Shown: in pieces, positions 38,514-46,817 of the stretch | How the letters are laid out: each line of letters begins with the position of its first letter | Numbering within the stretch: position 1 is the first letter of the stretch | From: a virus | Taxonomy: Duplodnaviria; Caudoviricetes | Strand: one strand, 5' to 3' | Virus record (IMG/VR): IMGVR_UViG_3300033066_000804 | Location: 404 to 64,403 of that record | DNA: 64,000 nucleotides | Translations under genes and position numbers: made by a program | The notes under the pieces: generated by a model | Database searches by the model: none | What the model saw: the letters and a program-made list of their open reading frames with translations, nothing else | Told to the model about the DNA's origin: nothing

Positions 38514-38573
38514 CTCGTCTTCTCTCCCGCATTTCCCGGCGGGTCCGGTCGTAGCTCAATTGCCACGATTCAA

Positions 38574-38601
38574 AGCATACGCCCATTGGGCGTAAAAGCA
38601 A
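38574..38601 (-). promoter_or_regulatory. Sigma70-type promoter with operator palindrome
   Basis: TTGCTT-N16-TATGCT; TACGCCCA-T-TGGGCGTA at 38578-38594. Confidence 0.7.
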
Positions 38602-38622
38602 GCGATTATTTGCAGACCAGGC

Positions 38623-38689
38623 AAAAAAAAATCGGCCTACCCAGCCACCTCCGAAGAGGCCGTCGGCTGGGAGGCCGATCCGTCGTCTG
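38623..38689 (-). terminator. Long intrinsic terminator
   Basis: Minus strand ATCGGCCT...CCTC-TTCG-GAGG...AGGCCGAT followed by a T tract. Confidence 0.75.
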
Positions 38690-38886
38690 CCCATCTGGGC
38701 GCACCCTTAATCCGGGCGGTTGCCCCGACCGACACTTGCCGGGGCCGAGCCTCGCTTGATTTCAGCTTCTTGACGGGCTTAGCTGCGGGCCAGCATTAGC
38801 GCGTCTCAGCGATGGAGGTTTCCCTCCTGGCACTGAAATTATAGGGCCTGGTCCCTGGCCCTGGCAATTCCGAAATCTTGCGGGGA

Positions 38887-39105
38887 TTACCTTTTCTTCA
38901 TGCGTTGCTCCATGATTCTGTTGTATTCCGGCAGTTCGCTCCTGCATAGGAGCATGGGTAGCGCATAGTCTGTGGGGAGCTTTTTGCCGTCAAGGTCGAC
39001 TGCCTGATCTCCGAGTCGTAGCGTTTTTAGGTGCCGCAGGTAATCTTTCGGCCATGCTTTCTGGTCGGCATTGCCGACGAATATTTCGTCTTTCAAGTCA
39101 GTCAT
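38887..39105 (-). CDS. Hypothetical protein
   Basis: MTDLKDE start, ATGA-coupled to the upstream gene. Confidence 0.55.
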   Translation of the reverse strand: MTDLKDEIFVGNADQKAWPKDYLRHLKTLRLGDQAVDLDGKKLPTDYALPMLLCRSELPEYNRIMEQRMKKR

Positions 39106-39554
39106 TCCTTGGTCACGCACCGGGCTCCGACAATGTCGGCCGGCCCGAAAATGTTGCCGGAAAACTCCCAGAACCTCTCGCAGGCGTCCACGAGGGCGAC
39201 CTGGGCTGGATATTCCAGCCGGCCCAGCTTGGCGACCAGGGCGGTTCCGTACACTAGCCATTTTTTGTCCAGCCCGTCGATCGCGATCCCATCCTGGACG
39301 TTTGCGAGCACGGACCCGGACAGCATTTGCGCGCTGTCCCAGGTAATCGTCCCGTTCATCGCGTCAAAAATGAGGTGCCATTCCGGCTCCGTGAGTACCG
39401 GCATGGCGCGGAGGATCATCTGGTCATATCGGTCCAGGACCGCAGTCACGATGTTGGACCGGGACCGGCCGCCTTCGTCCTGGCCCCTGCTCCGGGCGTT
39501 GATTACGCGCTCCAGCGTGGGGCTGGAGTAGATGCTGATTCTTTTTTGTCCCAT
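39102..39554 (-). CDS. Hypothetical protein with possible RHH N-terminus
   Basis: KRISIYSSPTLERVI...RSNIVTAVLDRY; RBS present. Confidence 0.6.
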   Translation of the reverse strand: MGQKRISIYSSPTLERVINARSRGQDEGGRSRSNIVTAVLDRYDQMILRAMPVLTEPEWHLIFDAMNGTITWDSAQMLSGSVLANVQDGIAIDGLDKKWLVYGTALVAKLGRLEYPAQVALVDACERFWEFSGNIFGPADIVGARCVTKE

Positions 39555-39598
39555 GGTTGGCTCCACGTTGCGCCCCTTCCCTGGGGCTTTGGTTTCGG

Positions 39599-40633
39599 CT
39601 AGGCAGCGTAGGACCTAGCCAGGGTTAGGGCGCCGACATGGATGGTCGCCCGGATCGAATACCGGACCAGGGCGGCCTGGTCATCCTGGGAGCCGGACGT
39701 GTTATCCAGGTAGCCCTTGTTCTTCCTTAGCACTGCCTCGCACCCTGGCAGGCGGGTCTCGATCTCCTCGATCATGGCCATCTGTTCATCGGTGGCCGAC
39801 TCGGCATCCTCGACATCGTATGACGCCGACATCCCGGAGAAGTCATTTTCCAGGATGCACCCGTAGTTATCCTGGACCTCCTCCTCGGTCATATTTTGGT
39901 AGCGCGGCAGGGCGTCCAGCGGGGCGAACACCTGATTTCGGATGCTGGCGATGATCTCATCATCTGGCAAAAGCCCGCGAGCCTTGCGCTTGCGCTGTCC
40001 GTCCGTGCCGTTCGCAGCAACCCATTCATCCAACTGGGTCCGGCGGCGCTTGGCCGACTCTGCCGCCGCCGCCTTTTTCGCCTCCTCCTGGGCGGCCCAG
40101 CGGGCGCGATACTCAGCGACCAAATCGCCCCACCTGGGGTGGCGGTGGTCTATCCTGCCATCGGCGATATTCAGGGTGATCCCGTTGCCGGGGTCGTTGA
40201 ACCCGCCGGCCGGACGATACTCCGGGTCGGCCAGAAACGCGGTAATGGCGGCGTCATGCCTGGCCTCCAGGGCGGCGCGGTCGGCCGCCTCTTTGGCCCT
40301 GGCTTCCGCCGTTTCGGCCAGATACCGGGCGCGTCCTTTGGCCGATTCACGGATCGCCTGCATCAGCAGTTCCGAGGCCAGTTCTGGGGCTACCTCGGCC
40401 GACTCCACGTCGGCGCAAATCTTGACTTGCTCATTTCCGCCACTGGCGGTCGGGAAGTACAGTTGGTCAATCTGCATGGGGAATTTCCCGTACCAGTCCA
40501 CCACCATGGTCTTGGCCTCGGTGGTCAGACCCGTGGTGTCGATCTGGACATCGATCCAGTCCGGGGCATTGCTGCCCACCTCGATAGTCTTGGCCTTAAC
40601 GTACTCGGACGAGCGGTAAATACGAATGTTCAT
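39599..40633 (-). CDS. Hypothetical protein
   Basis: 344 aa, charged; RBS AGGAG. Confidence 0.7.
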   Translation of the reverse strand: MNIRIYRSSEYVKAKTIEVGSNAPDWIDVQIDTTGLTTEAKTMVVDWYGKFPMQIDQLYFPTASGGNEQVKICADVESAEVAPELASELLMQAIRESAKGRARYLAETAEARAKEAADRAALEARHDAAITAFLADPEYRPAGGFNDPGNGITLNIADGRIDHRHPRWGDLVAEYRARWAAQEEAKKAAAAESAKRRRTQLDEWVAANGTDGQRKRKARGLLPDDEIIASIRNQVFAPLDALPRYQNMTEEEVQDNYGCILENDFSGMSASYDVEDAESATDEQMAMIEEIETRLPGCEAVLRKNKGYLDNTSGSQDDQAALVRYSIRATIHVGALTLARSYAA

Positions 40634-40711
40634 GCTCTCATCTCCTGCCCTCAGAAATCCGGCGGGGCTCCCGGTTGCCGGACGATGCCGGCGGGGATCA
40701 AATTGGCTTGG

Positions 40712-41041
40712 CTATCTCTGCGCGGCGAGTTGGGCGGCCGGACTGGCTTGTCCAACTCGCCCACCAGTATGGCGAGTCGGCGCGGGCAAAGATCCCGTCG
40801 TGGTCCCGCTTGGATCGGCGCGGCATGATTGCGGCTCCTGAGTATCTAGCTCAGGGGGATTATGCGGGGATCCCGGCTGGGACAGGTAACTAGCCAGCGA
40901 TGCGGCGCGAATCATGATCCTGCCGCGAACGTGAAACGCCGACAGCGCCCCGTCCTGGATCAGACGCCGGACGGTGCGGGTCGAAACGCCCCCCAGGATT
41001 TGGGCGGCGGACGACAGCGGGATGAGGGCGGGGCTAGGCAT
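40712..41041 (-). CDS. Excisionase-like HTH protein
   Basis: SAAQILGGVSTRTVRRLIQDGALSAFHVRGRIMIRAASLASYL. Confidence 0.8.
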   Translation of the reverse strand: MPSPALIPLSSAAQILGGVSTRTVRRLIQDGALSAFHVRGRIMIRAASLASYLSQPGSPHNPPELDTQEPQSCRADPSGTTTGSLPAPTRHTGGRVGQASPAAQLAAQR

Positions 41042-41414
41042 TGTTCTCGTCCGTCAACTGCACATGCTCCCCGTCATCCACCGGCCCCCAGTGTTTGAGC
41101 GGATGGGTGCCGTGCTCGAATTCGAGCATGCAGAGGTTCGCGGCATCGGACAGCAATTCCAGATTTCCAGTCTCAAGGTACTCAGCAAGCCGCTTCCGCG
41201 CCGAGCCGATACGATCGTAGTTGCGCCTGTCTTTCCGGCCCATGGCGCCGTACCGGAACCGGCCCATGAGCAATCCCTCGCGCATCCTCCGCTCAAATTT
41301 TGGCGACCATTCAGAGGCGCGCAGGGCGTCCAGGGGCTCCCGCTTGTCGCCCAGTGCCCCGTCGATTACCCGCACCAGGATGCGGGCGCGGATCAGGTCA
41401 TGGATGGTGGGCAT
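41034..41414 (-). CDS. Hypothetical phage protein
   Basis: GRFRYG...YLETGNLELLSDAANLCMLEF motif. Confidence 0.7.
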   Translation of the reverse strand: MPTIHDLIRARILVRVIDGALGDKREPLDALRASEWSPKFERRMREGLLMGRFRYGAMGRKDRRNYDRIGSARKRLAEYLETGNLELLSDAANLCMLEFEHGTHPLKHWGPVDDGEHVQLTDENNA

Positions 41415-41685
41415 TGCGCCTTGCCTCAATTTTCGCCACACGCCTCATGAACGTTTCCGCCCCCGTGTCGTCCGAATAGAGCCATTCAGCCTCCTTCATG
41501 AGCTTGGATACGTGCTCGGCAAGGTCGGCGATCTCCGCTAGTTTGTCCGCTACTTCCGGCGGCCAGACAGGGAGCGGGTAGTCACCGCCGGAGTGGGCGT
41601 TGCCTTGTTCATCCAACTTATTTCGCAGGTAGTCCGCGAACCACGCGGTACGCATGTACGCATGGCTAAAACTTCCGCCGCTCAT
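41398..41685 (-). CDS. Hypothetical phage protein
   Basis: MSGGSFSHAY start; WLYSDDTGAETF. Confidence 0.7.
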   Translation of the reverse strand: MSGGSFSHAYMRTAWFADYLRNKLDEQGNAHSGGDYPLPVWPPEVADKLAEIADLAEHVSKLMKEAEWLYSDDTGAETFMRRVAKIEARRNAHHP

Positions 41686-41898
41686 TACCTTTGCCCCCAC
41701 AAGTTCCATGCGTCTATTTCTTCGTCCGGGACAGGGTCCTGGGACGTGCTGATAATCCAATCCTCGGGGCGTTGCGAATGTGCGTGGCGATAGCCGGGTA
41801 GGCACCCATCATCCAGACATCCGCCTGGGGATAGGTCGGCGATCTCGCACCCGCATCTGATCGTTCCTTTTGTTGCCCCATCCCTGGGGCTGTGTTGG

Positions 41899-42141
41899 CT
41901 AGCAGGGGTAGAACGACTCCCCGCCGCCGGCGGCCCCCGCCTCCCAACTCCACCCTTCCACCCGGACCCCCACCGGTGGGGGGGGCAATTCAGGCCGGGC
42001 GGTGGCGGTCCACCGCCAGTAGGCGCCTATCTGTCCCTGATCCCCTTCGACGGAAGGGGCCGCCGCCGCCGCATACGCGGCGGCCAGGTCGAAATTTTCC
42101 CGCCCGAGTGGGCGGATGGTCACTTCGTAAATCTTGGTCAT
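41899..42141 (-). CDS. Hypothetical protein
   Basis: RBS AGGAG; first gene after the promoter at 42205-42233. Confidence 0.6.
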   Translation of the reverse strand: MTKIYEVTIRPLGRENFDLAAAYAAAAAPSVEGDQGQIGAYWRWTATARPELPPPPVGVRVEGWSWEAGAAGGGESFYPC

Positions 42142-42196
42142 GGGACTCTCCTGCCCCTGATCCCCGAGGCGCGGGTTGCGGGGGTATCCCGCTTGT

Positions 42197-42233
42197 TGAA
42201 TACAAGTGTATTACACCTGTATTCAGCCGTCAA
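42197..42233 (-). promoter_or_regulatory. Sigma70 promoter overlapped by a 29-bp palindrome
   Basis: TTGACG-N17-TACACT; TGAATACAAGTGTATTACACCTGTATTCA at 42197-42225. Confidence 0.75.
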
Positions 42234-42247
42234 GGGGTTATTTTCAG

Positions 42248-42319
42248 CGTGAAAACAACGTGAAAACTGGGGGGCGGTTTCCGGCCTCAATTGTCACGTT
42301 CAGCCGCTTTATTCACGCG
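42248..42319. repeat. 72-bp repeat, copy 1, with CGTGAAAAC arm-type sites
   Basis: 68/72 identical to 43162-43233. Confidence 0.9.
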
Positions 42320-42367
42320 GCGGAACCGTGTAAGGTGCTGAAAAACAAGGGAAAAACTCAGTGGTTA

Positions 42368-42417
42368 CTGTCTTCACACGGCAGGGGTCGCTGGTTCGAA
42401 CCCAGCCGCGCCCACCA
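42368..42417 (+). other. attP-like core: 3' part of tRNA-Val(CAC)
   Basis: Anticodon arm CTGTC-TTCACAC-GGCAG, T arm GCTGG-TTCGAAC-CCAGC, then CGCGCCC-ACCA; no 5' acceptor strand; flanked by CGTGAAAA repeats. Confidence 0.85.
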
Positions 42418-42638
42418 AAAAACTGAATGATTACAGCGGGTTGCGAGCGGTTTTCACGATACTTGGATTCGCATTTTCCCAGCGTGAAAACTCAGCGTGA
42501 AATCTTGTACCCTGGCCCGTCCTTCGTTGCGGTCGTGCGCCGACTGGAGCCGGTGTGCCAGGATGGAGGCGACTGGCGCGAATGGCACGACCTGGCGGAC
42601 CAGTTGCTCGTGTCCGCTGCCAGTGCCGCCAGCAAGAT

Positions 42639-42836
42639 TTAGGCGCGGGGGCTGGACTGATTCAACTTCTCCGCGATGGCTTCTCGGATCCATTCCGAGG
42701 TCGTCTGTCGGCGGGTCCTGTCCTGCCGCGCCAGTTCGGCCAGGATTGCCGCCCGCATCGGGTCGGGCAGCGGGAGTTTGAATATCGGGGTCCGCCCGGC
42801 TTCCGTGCCGGGGACCCTGGGGCGGCCTGCTGTCAT
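42639..42836 (-). CDS. Ribbon-helix-helix DNA-binding protein
   Basis: AGRP...IFKLPLPDPMRAAI...TSEWIREAIAEKL. Confidence 0.75.
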   Translation of the reverse strand: MTAGRPRVPGTEAGRTPIFKLPLPDPMRAAILAELARQDRTRRQTTSEWIREAIAEKLNQSSPRA

Positions 42837-43063
42837 GTCCTCAGCCCGGCTGCCTGGAGCACGGCGCATACGACGCCATCCGTGTCTGCTTTAACCAGGT
42901 AGGCCACCTGGCCGTCCTGATTTTCGATCTTAATAATGCGATCACTGATTTCCGTCAACGTGTCACCGTAGGCGGCCACTTCCGCTTTGATTCCATCGAC
43001 CTCGTAAGAGGTCAATGCCTCGAAGAATTTGGCTTGTGTGTTTTCTACCAAGAACCAGCCCAT
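42833..43063 (-). CDS. Small acidic hypothetical protein
   Basis: MGWFLVEN start with purine-rich RBS; ATGA-coupled to the RHH gene. Confidence 0.65.
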   Translation of the reverse strand: MGWFLVENTQAKFFEALTSYEVDGIKAEVAAYGDTLTEISDRIIKIENQDGQVAYLVKADTDGVVCAVLQAAGLRT

Positions 43064-43110
43064 CTGCCTTCCCCTCTCCGGCTTGGCCCATCGCCTCACC
43101 TCTTGGGATA

Positions 43111-43139
43111 ATTGTATGGCCATTTATTTAGAATTGCAA
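43111..43139 (-). promoter_or_regulatory. Sigma70 promoter
   Basis: TTGCAA-N17-TACAAT. Confidence 0.7.
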
Positions 43140-43161
43140 GCGTTTTTTGATCTGACTCGAA

Positions 43162-43233
43162 CGTGAAAACAACGTGAAAACCGGGGGGCGGTTTACGGCC
43201 CTAATTGTCACGTTCAGCCGCTTTATTCACGCG
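43162..43233. repeat. 72-bp repeat, copy 2
   Basis: Direct repeat of 42248-42319. Confidence 0.9.
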
Positions 43234-43453
43234 TCCCGCACTTTACGTCGGTCGGCACCGATGCTGATTTTAGTCGCTTGTTTTCTGCTACAAGCTCAGC
43301 CACACGCTTTTCCGCACTCGGTCTGTTAATGTCGATATTCCCTGAGAACAGGGCCAGTTCGACTGCTACCAGCTTGTCGAGGAGCCGCTTATTGTGGCTG
43401 TAAACAATCCTGATTTCTTTCTTCAATTTCTTGATTTTCTTGCGCTTGTTCAT
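43223..43453 (-). CDS. Hypothetical basic coiled-coil protein
   Basis: MNKRKKIKK start; stop lies inside repeat copy 2. Confidence 0.5.
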   Translation of the reverse strand: MNKRKKIKKLKKEIRIVYSHNKRLLDKLVAVELALFSGNIDINRPSAEKRVAELVAENKRLKSASVPTDVKCGTRE

Positions 43454-43455
43454 TT

Positions 43456-43869
43456 TTAATCCTGCTGCGGGGTAATCTGGGCGCCGTATGGATCGGCTGT
43501 AACATCTAGTGGGTCGCGCCGCTCGCCAGTCCATGGGTTATAGCGCCACACAACTCCCAAGTACTCAGCTCTCCATTGTTCAGCGGACAGCAGTTTGTCG
43601 TAGTATTCGGCCCCAGAGTTTGGGGAACACCTTAGTGGTGCGGTTTGGTCCGGTCGTTTTTGCAGCGGGGCTAGATCTATTTCGATTAGAGTAGTTGGAG
43701 GCATTTCATATGCCGTGATTGCCTCGAGGATATAACTCCGCCCACCTGTCTTTCGCGTTAATCGCTTAGCCTCTGCGATAGCGTCTGCTCTTTTCTCGTG
43801 CCGGACAAATGATGGGCCGCCGCCGGTCACTGAAACCATCCAGAATTTTTCTACGCCTTCTTTAGTCAT
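43456..43869 (-). CDS. Hypothetical phage protein
   Basis: FWMVSVTGGGPSFVRHEKRADAIAEAKRL...WRYNPWTGERR. Confidence 0.65.
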   Translation of the reverse strand: MTKEGVEKFWMVSVTGGGPSFVRHEKRADAIAEAKRLTRKTGGRSYILEAITAYEMPPTTLIEIDLAPLQKRPDQTAPLRCSPNSGAEYYDKLLSAEQWRAEYLGVVWRYNPWTGERRDPLDVTADPYGAQITPQQD

Positions 43870-44056
43870 TCTTCAGCCCCTTCATGCTTCTGTAAAAATC
43901 CCACGCCGAGTCCTTCATAACGGTACTGCCGTGTTTTGTGTGGCTGATTATGTTTACTTTTTTGGACATGTTACGCACCCTTCTGGTTTCCCGGTGACTG
44001 CCCGGAATGGGCAGCCGGTGGATCTGAAATAGATACAGACTGTCATGATTGCTCGC

Positions 44057-44461
44057 TCATAGCTCATTTAGGTCAACATGCTTGCCCGTCCGGCGCCATA
44101 TGTCCGTCCGCCGCAAATAGACCAGGTGGCGGCAGTGGTCACACATATCGCATCTGTTTGCCGGGTTTTTAATGGCTTTCGGGGTCCTGATCGAATATCT
44201 GCCGCAGTCGCACCGGACAACCCAGGCGCGAGATGAACAGGCCGACAGCCCGAGCACGGTGAACCGGCCAAAGCGCCTCCCGACAAGATCAACGTACCCT
44301 GCGCCCTTCCGAATGATTTTCGGAACTGGGACCACGGCTATTGGCACCTCGCTGTCACCCCCATTGCCCTTCGTGTTCGGCTCGTAGTGTTCCCCTCCGG
44401 ACACAACAAGCCCAGCGATGCGGTTTATTGGCCCCCTGACAAGAATGTCATCAAGTTTCAT
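44057..44461 (-). CDS. Hypothetical protein with HNH/AP2-associated N-terminal-type domain
   Basis: DLVGRRFGRFTV...WVVRCDCG...CDHC. Confidence 0.6.
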   Translation of the reverse strand: MKLDDILVRGPINRIAGLVVSGGEHYEPNTKGNGGDSEVPIAVVPVPKIIRKGAGYVDLVGRRFGRFTVLGLSACSSRAWVVRCDCGRYSIRTPKAIKNPANRCDMCDHCRHLVYLRRTDIWRRTGKHVDLNEL

Positions 44462-44618
44462 AAGCTGCCCCCCTTCTTACCCAGCGTTTCGCCCATTGCT
44501 GGAGGCGTTTGCCCATGATGGGGTGCGTCAAGCAAAGCCGTAAGGCATCCCCGCCGGTGGCGGCGCGGAATTGGGCGTTCGAGGCCAGGATCATCATGGC
44601 GCGGTCGTGGAGGTTCAT

Positions 44619-44810
44619 TCAATTCCCAGCTATTGCATTGATCGCGTCTATCAGCTCGTCCGCTTCATTTTTGGGGAGACCAAACGCCTGACCGTTGATG
44701 ACAAGCTCCATCCATTTGTCGTTGTCCTCATGCTCGCGGACATCCATCAGGTCCCCGTCACTATTCAGGGTCAATTGGGTTGTGCTTCTAATCACGTTTA
44801 TTCTCCTCAA
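44619..44810 (-). CDS. Hypothetical protein
   Basis: RBS AGGAG; acidic 63 aa. Confidence 0.55.
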   Translation of the reverse strand: MRRINVIRSTTQLTLNSDGDLMDVREHEDNDKWMELVINGQAFGLPKNEADELIDAINAIAGN

Positions 44811-44905
44811 AAAGGTATCTCATCAAGCCAACAATTGCACCCAGCCTGGCCTTCCATCTCCCGCATCTGGGTCGAGATTAACTTTCTAACCGCTTGCCTC
44901 GACGC

Positions 44906-45139
44906 TCAAGAGTGCGAACCGTCGTTAATTCGCACCAAAAAAGTCGGCATGTGGTGTTGACCGTATGGCTCGCCAGTGTGATTTTTGCATCCTTGATTTG
45001 AGCAGTACATCCACCAGTCCTCCCCAGGATGCAAGTCCCCCATCTGGCCATTGCAACAAGCAAAAATCACAGGCCACCCGCAAGCATTGCAGTAGGCGTT
45101 CGGTTCACATTTGGCGGTGTTAGATAATTTTGGTTTCAT
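44906..45139 (-). CDS. Cys-rich hypothetical protein
   Basis: CNACG, CCN, CSNQGC; ATGA-coupled. Confidence 0.6.
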   Translation of the reverse strand: MKPKLSNTAKCEPNAYCNACGWPVIFACCNGQMGDLHPGEDWWMYCSNQGCKNHTGEPYGQHHMPTFLVRINDGSHS

Positions 45140-45348
45140 TTTGCCGTTACCATCTGTCGCATGTCTGATCGAGGAACCAATATGAAATTAAGGTCTATAT
45201 GCTCGACCGGGATAATCAGCATCCGCCTGTCTCCAGACGTAGTTGGGGCCTTCCGCGCCACGGGCGACGGATGGCAAACCCGCATTGATACGGCCCTGCG
45301 CGACTGGCTCAAGTCGCACTCTCCGGCGTAGGGGCCAGGGTCAATCAT
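45136..45348 (-). CDS. Hypothetical protein
   Basis: ATGA-coupled at both ends. Confidence 0.5.
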   Translation of the reverse strand: MIDPGPYAGECDLSQSRRAVSMRVCHPSPVARKAPTTSGDRRMLIIPVEHIDLNFILVPRSDMRQMVTAK

Positions 45349-45596
45349 GCCTTTGACCCCTGCCTCGGCGAGGCCGGCAACGGCATCCAACGTGCCAGGT
45401 CGCATTCACCGAACGTTTCATTCTCGAAATAGGTATCTTCCCACCGCCCCTGAAATAGACTGATCTGCGGCGCGGCTCCGATCCAGTTGCCTGATACCCC
45501 GTTCCACATGGCAACGACAGTGCTTGCGTGGCTGTCGAATTGCGCGAGAAAGGCGCTCATATCCTTGGGAGCCGTTTCCGGTTTGCGCCATTTCAT
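45345..45596 (-). CDS. DUF551-like phage protein
   Basis: WRKPETAPKD...RWMPLPASP. Confidence 0.7.
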   Translation of the reverse strand: MKWRKPETAPKDMSAFLAQFDSHASTVVAMWNGVSGNWIGAAPQISLFQGRWEDTYFENETFGECDLARWMPLPASPRQGSKA

Positions 45597-45916
45597 TTCG
45601 TGCGCTCTTTAAGCTGAGTCGTGATCCACTTGATCATCGACTTAGAGGATACGTTGTCGTAGCAGTCCTCACATAGAGGCCCGACTTCGCCTCGTATTAG
45701 CGAGTCTTCTTCGCTTCTCCCGGTCGGCCTTCCGCATAGAAAGCATCGTTGAATTGGTTGTGGTTCTCGGATCAGTTCATCGGCTATGCTCTCAACTTCC
45801 CCTGCGACTTCCCCCACGACTTCCTTATTCGCCACTCGATCCAGCAGTTCGCTTAATCCACCTGGGGCGAACAGTTCGGACGGTTGCGCGTCCTGAATTG
45901 GGATTATTTCATTCAT
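45593..45916 (-). CDS. Hypothetical zinc-binding protein
   Basis: CFLCG...LCEDC. Confidence 0.55.
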   Translation of the reverse strand: MNEIIPIQDAQPSELFAPGGLSELLDRVANKEVVGEVAGEVESIADELIREPQPIQRCFLCGRPTGRSEEDSLIRGEVGPLCEDCYDNVSSKSMIKWITTQLKERTK

Positions 45917-45980
45917 GTTCGTGTGCCTTAAAAGTCAATTTCCACTGTTTCTAAATTGGTACTATTTGTTTTGGATAGCC

Positions 45981-46460
45981 TCAACCATTGGATTTCCCTT
46001 GGATGTAATGCAGCACAGGGGTTTTGTTCGGTGCTGCAATTTCAGCCGGAGCCGATTTAGCGGCTTCCAAAACGAAGTGCGCTTTCCGCAAATTGTGCTC
46101 CTGTCGAGCCTTGCCGATGTCGTCCAACTCACTGGCCGGAACCATGGCGGTCAATCGAGCCGACCGACCCACTTGGCGCAACCCATGGGTCAGGCGCCCG
46201 GTCTCTTTGGTAATACGTTCAGGACTGGTCAAAATCTTGAATTTGCCGTGTTCGCGGGCAACGAACAGGTTCATTTCATTCAGAACCTGACGCCTCCAAG
46301 CGCTAGTCACCGCTTGATAGCGCGAGGTCTTCGGCACCAGGTCCGTAATGGCCATGATTTCAGCGTCTTCGATCTCCTGACCGACGGACAGGGTTTTGAA
46401 GTGCTCCATGATTTTTTTCACATCCGGTCTAGTCGGAATGCCACCTAAAAAAAGACCCAT
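45981..46460 (-). CDS. Hypothetical protein directly downstream of the pentamer array (possible accessory factor)
   Basis: RBS GAGGTG 36 nt after the array's end hairpin; SRYQAVTSAWRRQVLNE suggests a winged-helix-like fold (inference). Confidence 0.75.
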   Translation of the reverse strand: MGLFLGGIPTRPDVKKIMEHFKTLSVGQEIEDAEIMAITDLVPKTSRYQAVTSAWRRQVLNEMNLFVAREHGKFKILTSPERITKETGRLTHGLRQVGRSARLTAMVPASELDDIGKARQEHNLRKAHFVLEAAKSAPAEIAAPNKTPVLHYIQGKSNG

Positions 46461-46495
46461 CTCATTCACCTCGCCCAAGTTGATTTAGAAAATTT

Positions 46496-46802
46496 GCGCA
46501 TTGCGCCCTTGCCTTTCCAGGCCACACCAGGACCGGCCCCGCCTGCCCTGCCCCGCCCAGCCCAACATCCTGGTGTCTCCACCGCCCAGCAGCCTCATGA
46601 GAAGCCGCTAGACGCTGAATTCTTCAGCCCTTGCCTTGCCCGACCCTGCCGGCCTGGCCTCGCCGGGCCATGCCCATCCTGGCCCAACATCTGGCGTCTC
46701 CACCGCCCATGAGACTCATCGAATCCCATGGACGCTGAATTCAGCCCTCGCCATACCAAGCCGATCCTTGCCCCGCCGTGCCCGGCCAATCCCGACCGCG
46801 CC
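46496..46802 (-). ncRNA. Downstream GG(C/T/A)NN pentamer array: three tracts and two structured spacers (vrRNA-like)
   Basis: Tracts at 46748-46802, 46631-46684 and 46509-46562 (11 units each), spacers at 46685-46747 and 46563-46630, end hairpin GCGC-AAT-GCGC. Confidence 0.85.
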
Positions 46803-46817
46803 ACGGCCAAAACCTAA

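Noticed and set aside
42368-42417. Functional tRNA-Val gene
   Set aside because: No 5' acceptor strand and an incomplete D arm; it fits an att core better.
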